Below are positions 1-9,141 of a stretch of 40,442 bases of DNA, one piece after another. Origin of the DNA: a virus (lineage: Duplodnaviria > Caudoviricetes); the IMG/VR virus record IMGVR_UViG_3300020045_012400, positions 1 to 40,442 of that record; one strand, written 5' to 3'. The notes under the pieces were generated by a model. The model saw nothing but the letters and a program-made list of their open reading frames with translations, had not been told where the DNA came from and did no database searches. Each line of letters begins with the position of its first letter. Position 1 is the stretch's first letter. Both the position numbers and the translations under genes were made by a program.

Positions 1-121
1 GGATGACGACCTAAGCGATGAAGCTATAAATGCGATTTACAGAGAAATTTCAATGACAGCAAATAAAAAATAGGATTTACAAATGGCCGTCGAAATAACC
101 ACCAAATTCATTATTAAAACA
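1..121. repeat. Terminal direct repeat, identical to 40322-40442 (circular assembly overlap)
   Basis: Exact 121-bp identity between the window ends; ORF 39939..40394 runs through it. Confidence 0.95.
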
Positions 122-331
122 TTCGGCACTAAATCTGCAAAAGAAATTGAAAAAATCATCGAAGCTGCGCTTTGGTCCTCATCCGAAATAAGGGATGTAA
201 TCATGCTAGAGTTTGACACCGATCTTCCGGAAATTGAAAAAACAATTTCAGAAAAAACGATGGAGAGATTGAATGAATTAACAGAAAAAGACTTTAAAGA
301 AAACCCCTACCGACCTAAACGACAGACTTAG
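83..331 (+). CDS. Hypothetical protein (82 aa)
   Basis: ATG with an upstream AGGA; follows the 151-aa ORF across the circular junction. Confidence 0.7.
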   Translation: MAVEITTKFIIKTFGTKSAKEIEKIIEAALWSSSEIRDVIMLEFDTDLPEIEKTISEKTMERLNELTEKDFKENPYRPKRQT

Positions 332-497
332 GTGGCTTCCCCATTTGAGACTTGGTTAACCGCCGGATGCCAACAGAGTCGCTACGCATTCTTCCAATGG
401 GATTCTTGTGTCCCGTCCCGTAATGGTCACCCATCCCGAACTTAGCCTCTTTCCCATGCGGACCGCGCAACGGCTTAACCCCTTTTATCTTCGCCAC
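315..497 (-). CDS. Small basic protein with MGxxYGxxxxxPxG motif
   Basis: Probable GTG start at 497 (ATG at 509 is an alternative), overlapping the end of the upstream gene; last gene of the portal operon. Confidence 0.6.
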   Translation of the reverse strand: MAKIKGVKPLRGPHGKEAKFGMGDHYGTGHKNPIGRMRSDSVGIRRLTKSQMGKPPKSVV

Positions 498-726
498 GGA
501 ATATCTCATTAGGTGAGAAACACTTTGACGACTGAGGAATGGGGCCAGAATCCAGACCAGAGGCCTTAAACAACCCAGTAGGTTGTGCCACAGCAGATCC
601 ATAATCATTGCCCATGGAGAGGACGCCGCTATGAGCTTGATCCTTGGTGGGCGCCACGAAAGACCACGGGCGAACCCCATTAGCCTTTTGCTTTACCTCT
701 GTGCGATCTTTCAGTATTTTCTTCAT
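475..726 (-). CDS. Small protein with MGxxYGxxxxxPxG motif
   Basis: GAGG RBS and ATG; shares a motif with the downstream ORF. Confidence 0.7.
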   Translation of the reverse strand: MKKILKDRTEVKQKANGVRPWSFVAPTKDQAHSGVLSMGNDYGSAVAQPTGLFKASGLDSGPIPQSSKCFSPNEIFRGEDKRG

Positions 727-804
727 AACGCCTCAAAGTGGGAATCAACGGGTGTTGAATTTCTCTTCAAAAGAGTTTAAGGCATCCCGTTGATCGCCCA
801 AAAA

Positions 805-1032
805 TTAATATCTGTAGCCAGGTTTCGCGGCATGACCACGAACTTTAGCGTTCCCAGCCATTTGCTGAGACTTGATCGCCTCAGACGTATCTTCATAGCG
901 AGACAAAGCCCCTACGCCGTCTGCTGAACTATCAACTTTGACTTTATGTGGACCATCTGGGAATACAGAGCCCTTAGAAGCGGCACCGACCCAGCTTGAA
1001 TGGTCATTTATCTTACGCCCTGCCATATACAC
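805..1032 (-). CDS. Small hypothetical, possibly virion-associated, protein
   Basis: GAGAGGTG RBS; directly downstream of the portal gene. Confidence 0.7.
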   Translation of the reverse strand: MYMAGRKINDHSSWVGAASKGSVFPDGPHKVKVDSSADGVGALSRYEDTSEAIKSQQMAGNAKVRGHAAKPGYRY

Positions 1033-1095
1033 CTCTCATATAGCTTTTGGTTATCACCTATTATATCCCTGTGCTCATATTGCTCAAGGAATTGT

Positions 1096-3225
1096 TTACA
1101 TCCCCAGCTGCGACTGGGAACCCTGACGCTGCCCTTGCGGCTCCATCATGCCGTTCATAAGCTTAGAGACGAATTCGTTAGATGCTGCGTCTTGGTGGGC
1201 ATCTCTTTTCGCCACATCTTCCTCGTTGCGTTCCTGATAATTGAACGATTCTATGTCGGCGGCCTTCAAGGCAGTCTCTACTTCTCCATATTTAGCAATG
1301 ACATCCATCATCTTCTCAATCGCTTCCATCTTGGACTTAGTCGCTAAAGCTCGGTTTTTACTTACCTCGCTGATTCTTTCCTCCAGAAGGCCAATATTCG
1401 ATTCAAAACGGCCATACCTTTCTTTCGCAGCTGCGATATTATTGGCTGCTTTGGACATGAGCTCACGGAGTTTCGCTTCTTCGAACGCATGTTGGATATT
1501 CTGCGCTTCACTCTGGACCGCTGCCGCTTGCTGCTCTTGATTTTGTAAGAACTCGATGGCATCGGCTTTTCCTTGGATGTTGAGGTTCTTGATAATCATG
1601 GAAGGAGGGAACACTTCACGCCCAAACGATGCATTAATATCCATCAGAGCCTGTGCTTGCATATTCTGCTGAGTTGGCGTCAATACACCCTCCTCGGCAA
1701 GAACCTGGAACTTAGCAAACACCTTGGAATAGAAATGCGGGGACGGCTCTTCTCCTATCAGCAACTGCACCTTCTCAGCACTCCAATTGTTGAGTACAAT
1801 CTGCAGAAGTCTCTCGCCAAGCGTCTTTAGCGAGAAGTCCCACTGATCAAAATACTTCTGCAAGACCATCAAATTGGCGGCTTGCTTGAGCATAGTAGTG
1901 AGAGATGATGCTTGCTTATCATTCTGAGCGGACCAGTTCTCAAGGTCTACGCCAGATGTACCAAATATCAGAGACCGCAGCTGATCAGCAAGTGCCATGT
2001 CCGACTCCGGAACAGACGAGGGTATAATCTTTTCAACATCTGTGAGTTCGTATCCTTCATTAACAATGATATCCCAGCCCTGACCAGACTTCTTGAGATT
2101 GTCTTCGTTGGCTACTGCTCCGACTTTTCTTTTCCATCCTGCATTGATAGTGGCTTCACTGATGTCATGATTAATGATAATCCGACGATTAAGTAAATAA
2201 TTGGAATCGCGCATTGTACGCACAAGACCACGACATCTAAGGTCGTAGTAATTGATATGGGGCTCGTAGTTCCAGAAGATGGGCACGAAAGGACAGTCAT
2301 CAAAGCCAAGAGGATTATCACCCTGAAACATAAGTTGATCATTCAACACCACAGCAAGTTTCCAACACGGCACATCAACGGTCACCTCTTCCATATCAGG
2401 GATAGAGTATAGGATCATCTCCAGATTTCCATCTCCACCAGCATAATCGAAGAATTGGTTACGCGATCGAGAGTATAGGCGCTTCTTTTTTCTCTTCCAC
2501 TTGTACCATACATAAGAGAGCACCATCAAGTCGTTGCGTGCCATGTTGTAGTTTTCTGGAAGGAAATAGAACGAGCCGTAACGCTGAGGAGTGCCCGACA
2601 TAGGCGCAATATTTTGCAGCTTGCCCGGGAACCTATCCTCTGCCTCTTTCTTGGATATGTACTCTTGACACCAAACAAACTGCGCGTCAGACATGTCGTA
2701 GTTACGGAAATACGGGTCCACGAGGAATGAGTTGTATTCCCAGATTTTTAGCTTGAGAGACCCCTGCGCTTGATCATCTCCACTAAAGTCCAAGTATGGC
2801 TGAGCAAGCACCATCCCAGTGATACACGCCTGCTCGCACGCTCTGGAAAATTGCTCATGAATTCCTTCCTTATTACACACATGCGTCATGATTTTGGTGT
2901 ACTGGTCGGTGGTGTTGGGGTCTGCGCCTTCGGTAGGGACGTAGGTTAGCCCCTTACGATGCTGACGCTGGTAGCCCGTGACCATATTGACAGGCTGCTG
3001 GAGTAGGTTGAAGTAAAAATTTTGATATGACGATGACGGTGTGAAGTTGAAGTAGCGATTAATGAAAGTTTGCGAGCCAGCGTAAAACAGAGAGTCAATA
3101 TTCGACTGATTCCACCTCGCCTGCTCGATAGGCTGGAACTTGCTGTATAAATTATCTAACCACTGTCTAACGTTTCCTTGATTGGGTTCTAGCGAATTGT
3201 TCCAGGGAGGGTTATAAAATGACAT
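1096..3225 (-). CDS. Portal protein (P22-like, about 709 aa)
   Basis: Position after terL, size, an N-terminal FNLLQQPVNMVTGYQRQ segment typical of P22-like portals, and a C-terminal Q/A-rich coiled coil. GGAG RBS before the ATG at 3225. Confidence 0.85.
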   Translation of the reverse strand: MSFYNPPWNNSLEPNQGNVRQWLDNLYSKFQPIEQARWNQSNIDSLFYAGSQTFINRYFNFTPSSSYQNFYFNLLQQPVNMVTGYQRQHRKGLTYVPTEGADPNTTDQYTKIMTHVCNKEGIHEQFSRACEQACITGMVLAQPYLDFSGDDQAQGSLKLKIWEYNSFLVDPYFRNYDMSDAQFVWCQEYISKKEAEDRFPGKLQNIAPMSGTPQRYGSFYFLPENYNMARNDLMVLSYVWYKWKRKKKRLYSRSRNQFFDYAGGDGNLEMILYSIPDMEEVTVDVPCWKLAVVLNDQLMFQGDNPLGFDDCPFVPIFWNYEPHINYYDLRCRGLVRTMRDSNYLLNRRIIINHDISEATINAGWKRKVGAVANEDNLKKSGQGWDIIVNEGYELTDVEKIIPSSVPESDMALADQLRSLIFGTSGVDLENWSAQNDKQASSLTTMLKQAANLMVLQKYFDQWDFSLKTLGERLLQIVLNNWSAEKVQLLIGEEPSPHFYSKVFAKFQVLAEEGVLTPTQQNMQAQALMDINASFGREVFPPSMIIKNLNIQGKADAIEFLQNQEQQAAAVQSEAQNIQHAFEEAKLRELMSKAANNIAAAKERYGRFESNIGLLEERISEVSKNRALATKSKMEAIEKMMDVIAKYGEVETALKAADIESFNYQERNEEDVAKRDAHQDAASNEFVSKLMNGMMEPQGQRQGSQSQLGM

Positions 3226-3269
3226 AATACTCCGATGTGTGATCCCACAGAGTACCACTAAACTTTTTA

Positions 3270-3581
3270 TTATCGCAAGCTACCTGAACGCGTTGACTCT
3301 TCATGAGAGATCTCCTCCCAATCAAACTCACATCCCTCCACGGCTTTTAAAGGATTATCTATGTTCCATCGGGAAATCATAAGAGAAATCTTTTCCCTAA
3401 TAACTTCCTTGTTAAACTTTTGCTTCTTCCTTATGGGCACAGATTTGCTACATGGCTGAACTAGGCATTTGTCGTTAACGCATGTAAGTTTCGGAAGCCA
3501 AGTGCGATCGCTTAAATACATTATGAATTTTGGTGTTTTTTTGCACCATGGGCATGGTGCTATGGCAAGAACCTCTCTCAT
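3270..3581 (-). CDS. Zn-binding hypothetical protein (CPWC...CxxxxC)
   Basis: Cys motifs; start overlaps the terL stop (ATGA). Confidence 0.65.
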   Translation of the reverse strand: MREVLAIAPCPWCKKTPKFIMYLSDRTWLPKLTCVNDKCLVQPCSKSVPIRKKQKFNKEVIREKISLMISRWNIDNPLKAVEGCEFDWEEISHEESTRSGSLR

Positions 3582-4888
3582 CGGAATGTTGATCCCCCCC
3601 AGTTATGTTGCTGGCGTAATTGTTGCTCCTGGCTGCGATTGTATGCGTCCTGGTCAAAAGAACTAACTTTGTGAGTATAAAAACAGTAACGTCCAGCGTC
3701 GATGCTGTGATCGTTTTTCTTGACTGGCTCGTCATATCCCCTTTCAGCCTGTTTAGGATCCCATACGTATCCTTCTATCTCTCGAATAAGGTTTGTACAC
3801 TCTTCGCAGATGAGAAGAGCCCCACGTTGCAGTTCAGATGTCATATATTCTAAGCCATTAGCCACATCATTATTGGCGTCTACAACATGAATGCCACGCT
3901 TGCGTAGCTCCAATTTAAATGCCGCAGCACTTGGATCAACATAGACACTCTTAACCGCATATGGTTCTAAAAAGTTCTGCACATCATCAGCATATTCGCT
4001 GTTCGTCTTCTGGCGCCCCATCTTCTTAGAGTCCCATACATATTCTTTTTCAAACCATCTCTTCCTTCCGCCTTGAATTGATCGTCCCGTATTTACTCCC
4101 ATGAGCTCGCATGAAAAAGAATTGATTGTGCCATAATCTATCCCAGCCACCCAATACTCAGCACAAGCGGGCGGTCTCTTAACCACATGTAGCTTCCTGT
4201 CGAAGAAGTCAAACACAGCCCCCTCGGCCAGACACCATAGCCCTAGAATGTTCCTCTTGTAGAACAGCCCGCTAGATGAGGCCCTCACCCTGGCTTTGTA
4301 TGACTCGTCTAGATAGGGGTTATCGTCTAGAACAAAGTGCACAGAATAATAGTCAGGATCGCCAGCCTCGGCTTTGTCTATCCATTGCTTGAGCTTGTGT
4401 GAAGGGTGAGACGGGTTCATTGAAGCATAGCCCTGCGAGTAAGGATAACTCAGCCGTGTGTCTATCATATCTATGACAGATTCGGGATAGAGTGTCATCT
4501 CGTCGCAGTAGACACGACTAAAGGTCTTCCCTTGGATAAGGCCTATACTTCCCTCGTCCTTGGCGCCGATAGTGTTTATCGTCTTATCTAGATATAAAAG
4601 CTCACGTTTGGCTGGTTTCCATGTCAAATGTGGCCTAAATATGGCTAAAGGATCGGGGTAGTTGCCACCAGAAGGCTCTAGAAGCAATCTTATGGCGTTA
4701 TCATATATAGTCTCAGAAGTCTTGCCAATCATCCATATCTGAGAATCAGGGCATTTTACAAGAGAGTTCATGAAGGCAAATAGGGTGCCGACAGTCTTTC
4801 CACTCCTCACACTTCCATGAGCGAGGTTCCACTTGGCTTTGCAGTTCTGGATAAACTCAAGTTGTTTTGGAGAGACGATTTGTGTCAT
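3578..4888 (-). CDS. terL: Terminase large subunit (PBSX-like)
   Basis: Walker A GSVRSGKT, Walker B VYCDEM, SMNP coupling motif, nuclease motifs GIDYG, YVDPSA and NDHSIDAGRY. Confidence 0.95.
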   Translation of the reverse strand: MTQIVSPKQLEFIQNCKAKWNLAHGSVRSGKTVGTLFAFMNSLVKCPDSQIWMIGKTSETIYDNAIRLLLEPSGGNYPDPLAIFRPHLTWKPAKRELLYLDKTINTIGAKDEGSIGLIQGKTFSRVYCDEMTLYPESVIDMIDTRLSYPYSQGYASMNPSHPSHKLKQWIDKAEAGDPDYYSVHFVLDDNPYLDESYKARVRASSSGLFYKRNILGLWCLAEGAVFDFFDRKLHVVKRPPACAEYWVAGIDYGTINSFSCELMGVNTGRSIQGGRKRWFEKEYVWDSKKMGRQKTNSEYADDVQNFLEPYAVKSVYVDPSAAAFKLELRKRGIHVVDANNDVANGLEYMTSELQRGALLICEECTNLIREIEGYVWDPKQAERGYDEPVKKNDHSIDAGRYCFYTHKVSSFDQDAYNRSQEQQLRQQHNWGGSTFR

Positions 4889-4919
4889 ACTTTTTGTATC
4901 TTATTAAACATCAGGACTT

Positions 4920-5330
4920 ATGCGCAACCGAGCAAAATGCAAACTGTGTCTTTCGATAATCGAAAGCTTTCACGACCACGACTATGTGTCTTGCAAGTGT
5001 GGGGAGATATCTATAGATGGAGGCCAAAGCTTGTTAAGGGCAGCCGCTAAAGACTTCCGGAACTTTCTTAGGGTCGACGATGACGGAAACGAAATCATCG
5101 TCAAAGTTGTAGACGATAAGACAGAGAGCGAAAAGAACACTGAGAACAAAGATGATGAGGATCCAGTTAAGCCAACTCGCAAAGAATTGCTGGAGGAGTT
5201 GAAGGGTATGGTCGAAAACATCGAGAAACTTCCCACTCATGCTCTTTCACTCCCTATCACACACTATGATTTTGTCTCAGCTTTGATGCTCTTGTCAGCC
5301 ATCTTCTTGTCTGAGGACGATAAGACTTGA
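4920..5330 (+). CDS. Zn-ribbon hypothetical protein
   Basis: CKLC...CKCGEISIDGG motif and AGGA RBS; lies antisense between terS and terL. Confidence 0.75.
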   Translation: MRNRAKCKLCLSIIESFHDHDYVSCKCGEISIDGGQSLLRAAAKDFRNFLRVDDDGNEIIVKVVDDKTESEKNTENKDDEDPVKPTRKELLEELKGMVENIEKLPTHALSLPITHYDFVSALMLLSAIFLSEDDKT

Positions 5331-5767
5331 TCAGCAAACCTTTCCATATTCTGACGAGCAGCATCTGCCTTCTCTTTATCTGAGTCTGCTTGAGTGTTCG
5401 CCTTAATGGTCGCCATCTCTATTTCATGTTCTTTTAGTTCTTTGAAATAAACAGCAAGAAATCTGTTTCCATAGCTTGAATGTAGATTCTTATTCTTCAT
5501 CAATCTTTTACCCATCCACTTCCTTGCTTTCTCATAATAGCCAAGAAAGCATTCTCTTCTACAAAGAGCCTCAAAGTGCCTAGGATCAATTCCTTTTATC
5601 TCTGAATACCACTCCGACAGGTGCACGACATCAGAGTCTGGATTATCGTCTTCTTTTGACATCCATTCGAGAAGCTCTTTTCCTAGAACATGAGCGTCGT
5701 CATCTGTGAAATGAGCTGGGGGCCGTCCGTGGCCAACACCAAACTTGTTTCCCTTTGGAGGAGCCAT
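5264..5767 (-). CDS. terS: Terminase small subunit
   Basis: MAPPKGNKF...GRP N-terminus typical of small terminases; upstream of terL. Confidence 0.75.
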   Translation of the reverse strand: MAPPKGNKFGVGHGRPPAHFTDDDAHVLGKELLEWMSKEDDNPDSDVVHLSEWYSEIKGIDPRHFEALCRRECFLGYYEKARKWMGKRLMKNKNLHSSYGNRFLAVYFKELKEHEIEMATIKANTQADSDKEKADAARQNMERFADQVLSSSDKKMADKSIKAETKS

Positions 5768-5884
5768 ATAGTAAATCCTTTTTTATTTTCACATTTTACA
5801 CCATCTAGAAAAAAAAGAAATGTTTATCGTTGCGTTAAATAAGATGAAATGCAATCATGATAGCATGATCGTCAAAACGACGAG

Positions 5885-6280
5885 ATGAAAACAAAAGGAA
5901 AGCAAATGAGAACACCAGAACGCGAGAGAAGAGTGAAGCAATTGCTTGAGGGTAATGTTTATTGCCTACAAAATGAGATCGTCGAGTTTTTTCTTAAAGG
6001 GGAAGAAATTGACTACAGCGATATCCGGCATGTTTATTATACACCGGAAGGAAGTGAAGCCGACGAGCTGGAGGCGCATGAGATTTTTCAGTGGTTTTCT
6101 ATTTCTGAGTGGTTGGCTGGTTATTTAGACGTTCTTGAATATCCTGTTTTAATTTCTGAAACTTACGGGAATTGGATGGGGAGGAAGACGTGGGGACAGG
6201 CATTGGATAGGGATAAGATCTGGGATGAAGTTCTAGAGAAAATCGATTCTAATTATCTTAAGGCCATAGGAGAGGGATAA
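5885..6280 (+). CDS. Hypothetical phage protein
   Basis: Clean 131-aa ORF, translationally coupled to the next gene. Confidence 0.75.
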   Translation: MKTKGKQMRTPERERRVKQLLEGNVYCLQNEIVEFFLKGEEIDYSDIRHVYYTPEGSEADELEAHEIFQWFSISEWLAGYLDVLEYPVLISETYGNWMGRKTWGQALDRDKIWDEVLEKIDSNYLKAIGEG

Positions 6281-6417
6281 TGATAACGCATTCTGTAATC
6301 GTGCGCCTCACAAAAGAAGAGCGCAAGGCTCTTAAAACCTACTGCGCTGAGAAAGAAACATCCGCTCAGACTATTATCAGAGATTACATTCGCTCTCTAG
6401 TTCTTTCTTCAAAATAG
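6280..6417 (+). CDS. Ribbon-helix-helix (CopG/Arc-like) DNA-binding protein, 45 aa; not in the ORF track
   Basis: Manual translation MITHSVIVRLTKEERKALKTYCAEKETSAQTIIRDYIRSLVLSSK; GGAGAGG RBS; TAATG stop/start overlap. Confidence 0.75.
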   Translation: MITHSVIVRLTKEERKALKTYCAEKETSAQTIIRDYIRSLVLSSK

Positions 6418-6452
6418 CGCTCATTCAGGGGGTACAGAAACGGCCCCCTTCT

Positions 6453-6791
6453 TTATTGTTTTGGCTTTTTCCACGCATAAGGCGTTCCCTCTTCCCAAGT
6501 TTCACCTTCCCAGTGAATTTCGTGGTTTACAGGATAATAATAACCACCAGTTTGAATTGTAGGAATCACGTTAAATTGTTTTTCCTCCTCATATCTGTCA
6601 CCATCAGCTGACTGAATCCTAACCAGATATTTCCCATCTTGTAAGGGCAATGAAATTGGGATCTCTCTATTTCGTCTTTCTGCAGGCCAATCACAGGTGC
6701 TTACCCAATCCGTCCAGTCGCATGAGCATTTGGATTTTCCTTCATGCTCGGGATCGCTTAATTTCACGTCACAGCAGCAATACATTCCCAT
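6453..6791 (-). CDS. Hypothetical Cys/Trp-rich protein
   Basis: ATG at 6791 just after the stop of 6793..6990, with a GGAG RBS. Confidence 0.6.
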   Translation of the reverse strand: MGMYCCCDVKLSDPEHEGKSKCSCDWTDWVSTCDWPAERRNREIPISLPLQDGKYLVRIQSADGDRYEEEKQFNVIPTIQTGGYYYPVNHEIHWEGETWEEGTPYAWKKPKQ

Positions 6792-6792
6792 T

Positions 6793-6990
6793 TCAATCTC
6801 CCGGGGGAGACGGAAAAAGTCCCCAATGCGTGATGTTTTCAGGCCATTCCTTGTCGATTGGATCATAGAAAATGAGATCTTCCAGTGGCTCCCAGCTTTC
6901 CAACCAGCCTGCATATACTTCGTTCCCGTCCGTGAACAGGATGTTATCGCAGATTCGGGGCTTACGCTCGTCGAGCTTAATCCACTTCAT
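6793..6990 (-). CDS. DUF551-like phage protein
   Basis: MKWIKLDERKP...ITHWGLFPSPP signature. Confidence 0.75.
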   Translation of the reverse strand: MKWIKLDERKPRICDNILFTDGNEVYAGWLESWEPLEDLIFYDPIDKEWPENITHWGLFPSPPGD

Positions 6991-7181
6991 TTCCCCCTCC
7001 CTCTTTTAAATTCTCTCGACAGGCTCGGGCTGATACTACTAAGCCTTTTCCTTTCTAGATTAGATTGGAAATTCTTGCATGTCTTACAAATGTCTAGATA
7101 CTTCTCTTTAGCCGCGGAGAAGGAGAAGTCCCAGAAGTTTTTTTGTTCAGAGCAATTTGTACAGGTTTTCATAATTCCCAA
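6987..7181 (-). CDS. Small Zn-finger protein
   Basis: CTNC...CKTC; coupled to the downstream gene. Confidence 0.6.
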   Translation of the reverse strand: MGIMKTCTNCSEQKNFWDFSFSAAKEKYLDICKTCKNFQSNLERKRLSSISPSLSREFKRGRGK

Positions 7182-7241
7182 AACCTTTAAGTTGGTGGTG
7201 GTACTTTCCCAACGTCTGATAATCTTTCTTATGTGGAGGGT

Positions 7242-7559
7242 TCAAATCTCGCCCATCACTTCGTTTGCATAGGAGGAGTCGCATTTTAGCTTCCGCATCA
7301 AATAAGGAATTGACACGCCTCCAAATTTTAGCACTGCTGATTTTGCTTTTTTCGTCATATCTTTGTCATAATCGTACTCAATTTCTTTAGAATCGGCCTC
7401 GAGTGCTAATTTTTCAGAAATATGCGCAGGCTTTTTTAGCAGTCTCTTTTCTCTGTCTCTCCCCGGCTCGCTAGCCCACATCTGCATAATTAGGTATCTT
7501 TGAAGGTCGTGCATGTCTCTTCCTGTTGCGTCCTTGTGCATATCGCTGTCAACGTGCAC
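7242..7559 (-). CDS. Hypothetical protein with a C-terminal FtsK-gamma-like winged helix
   Basis: VSIPYLMRKLKCDSSYANEVM resembles the FtsK gamma SxSxLQRxLxIGYxRA pattern; start uncertain. Confidence 0.45.
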   Translation of the reverse strand: MHVDSDMHKDATGRDMHDLQRYLIMQMWASEPGRDREKRLLKKPAHISEKLALEADSKEIEYDYDKDMTKKAKSAVLKFGGVSIPYLMRKLKCDSSYANEVMGEI

Positions 7560-7596
7560 AAAAATAGGCGTTTTTTGTACATATCTCTGTTTTTTA

Positions 7597-7624
7597 TTGA
7601 CAGTAAATTAGCATTTATTATACT
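7597..7624 (+). promoter_or_regulatory. Sigma70-type promoter
   Basis: TTGACA-16 nt-TATACT with an AT-rich upstream tract. Confidence 0.6.
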
Positions 7625-7745
7625 CACGGAGCCGCCGGACGGCTTCGCGAACAGCGGAGACCCCCGGACGCCCCGTGCGTTCTCTCACTTTCTCTCGCAT
7701 TATATTTCTCCTCGAATTAAGATTCCATCAAATCCGGGGGTGCTC

Positions 7746-7955
7746 ATGATTTGTGTCCGCTGCAATACAGAGAGGCATGATTGGGAGATGAGTTGGAATG
7801 GTGCCAAGGGAGGAATAAGGCAGCCTTGCAAAGAATGTAAGAAAAAATATAATTTAACTTCACAGCGATTCATCATGAAATTGTCGAGGGTCGGTGAGAA
7901 TAGAAGAGTTCTTAGAAAGCCGTTCAGCTTCGGAAAAAACATTCCTCCTCACTGA
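7746..7955 (+). CDS. Small Zn-finger protein
   Basis: CVRC...CKEC; GGGGGTG RBS before the ATG at 7746. Confidence 0.6.
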   Translation: MICVRCNTERHDWEMSWNGAKGGIRQPCKECKKKYNLTSQRFIMKLSRVGENRRVLRKPFSFGKNIPPH

Positions 7956-8208
7956 GGAAGAGGTGAGTCACCTCGTGGCTTATATTCGCAAATTCTCGTT
8001 TATTGAAGTATTGGATTTCTCAGCTCAGATAGCAAATCTGCACGATATCACAAAAGACGCTATGCACAATCCAGAAAAGGGCGTCGAGACAGTTACAGGG
8101 CTCCTGGCGTTTATCCGAATGATTGAGAGTATTAAGGATAGTAGAGAACTGTTCAGGGAGATATTGAATGCCCCGGATTTCACTCCACCCACTCCATCCG
8201 ACAAATGA
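7894..8208 (+). CDS. Hypothetical protein
   Basis: GTG start after GAGG; 104 aa. Confidence 0.55.
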   Translation: MRIEEFLESRSASEKTFLLTEEEVSHLVAYIRKFSFIEVLDFSAQIANLHDITKDAMHNPEKGVETVTGLLAFIRMIESIKDSRELFREILNAPDFTPPTPSDK

Positions 8209-8371
8209 TCTGAGTTCTATCGTGCCCCTCACCGAAGTCTTTTCTAGCATCGGCAACGAGGGCTCTTAAAGTTTCATCTTGATGGGTCATGTTCACTGGA
8301 CAGTCGTAGGCCATGTGTTTCTTGCTCATGCGCTTTTCTTCATTAGAAACTTTAATTGTGATTTCATTCAT
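8180..8371 (-). CDS. Hypothetical protein
   Basis: 63-aa ORF within the leftward early operon. Confidence 0.55.
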   Translation of the reverse strand: MNEITIKVSNEEKRMSKKHMAYDCPVNMTHQDETLRALVADARKDFGEGHDRTQIICRMEWVE

Positions 8372-8521
8372 AGAAAGGATGCCACGGTTACTATTATTTC
8401 AAATGCCAAGAGTATTGCGCCTGCATATATCAAAATGCTCATTTCCCTGCTGCGGGGTTAAGTTGGATCAACGAGCAATCTCCAAGAGTTTGCCCCAGGA
8501 AGGTAGCGATACAGCATAAAA

Positions 8522-8638
8522 TCACTTCTTCTTTTTCATGGGCATGTCACACGCTTTGTCGCGCTTCACGTCCTGTTTCACTAATTTGTCCATCTTTTTA
8601 CCAATGGACTTCTTCGCCGACTTAATTGCCTTATCCAT
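8522..8638 (-). CDS. Lys-rich micro-protein (38 aa); not in the ORF track
   Basis: Manual translation MDKAIKSAKKSIGKKMDKLVKQDVKRDKACDMPMKKKK. Confidence 0.5.
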   Translation of the reverse strand: MDKAIKSAKKSIGKKMDKLVKQDVKRDKACDMPMKKKK

Positions 8639-8892
8639 AATTACTTCTTGATTGGTGGTTTTGGAGAAGGTTTTGATGGTTTTCCAGGTGCCATATATGC
8701 TCTTTGGTTGTTTTTGCTAGTAAATGTTTTCTTAAAATGGTTGTATTCGGGGGCATTGGGATGCCTTATGTTCTGGCGATACAATGTCTCAATTCTAGGC
8801 ATATATCATCAAATTTTGAATACGATTGGTAGAATTTACTTTTGGTGAGTTTTTAATCAAGGTGAATTTTTTATGACGGGCGAGAATCGCCG

Positions 8893-9141
8893 TCACGACT
8901 CGTTGGCTTTGTGCGGTAGCACAGAGACAACAGCTTGAAGAGGACAAACGCCCCTTTGATCGGAGTCACCTTTGTGTTCTCTGTAAAACTTCAATATTAC
9001 GTTCATTTGGGAACTGTCGGAATATATTTGGGCGCACTGGGGACAGACGGAAGCAATCCCCTTACCCCATACTCCGTTGCACATCAGCGTTACTTCTTTT
9101 TCTTCGCACTCAACATCATCGCAGTACAGGCATCTAATCAT
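8893..9141 (-). CDS. YgiT/MqsA-type Zn-finger protein
   Basis: CLYC...VCPQCAQIY spacing. Confidence 0.65.
   Translation of the reverse strand: MIRCLYCDDVECEEKEVTLMCNGVWGKGIASVCPQCAQIYSDSSQMNVILKFYREHKGDSDQRGVCPLQAVVSVLPHKANES

Noticed and set aside
1-121. Terminal repeat as a biological direct terminal repeat
   Set aside because: It is an exact 121-bp overlap that cuts through genes, typical of assembler k-mer circularisation. It says nothing about the packaged ends.
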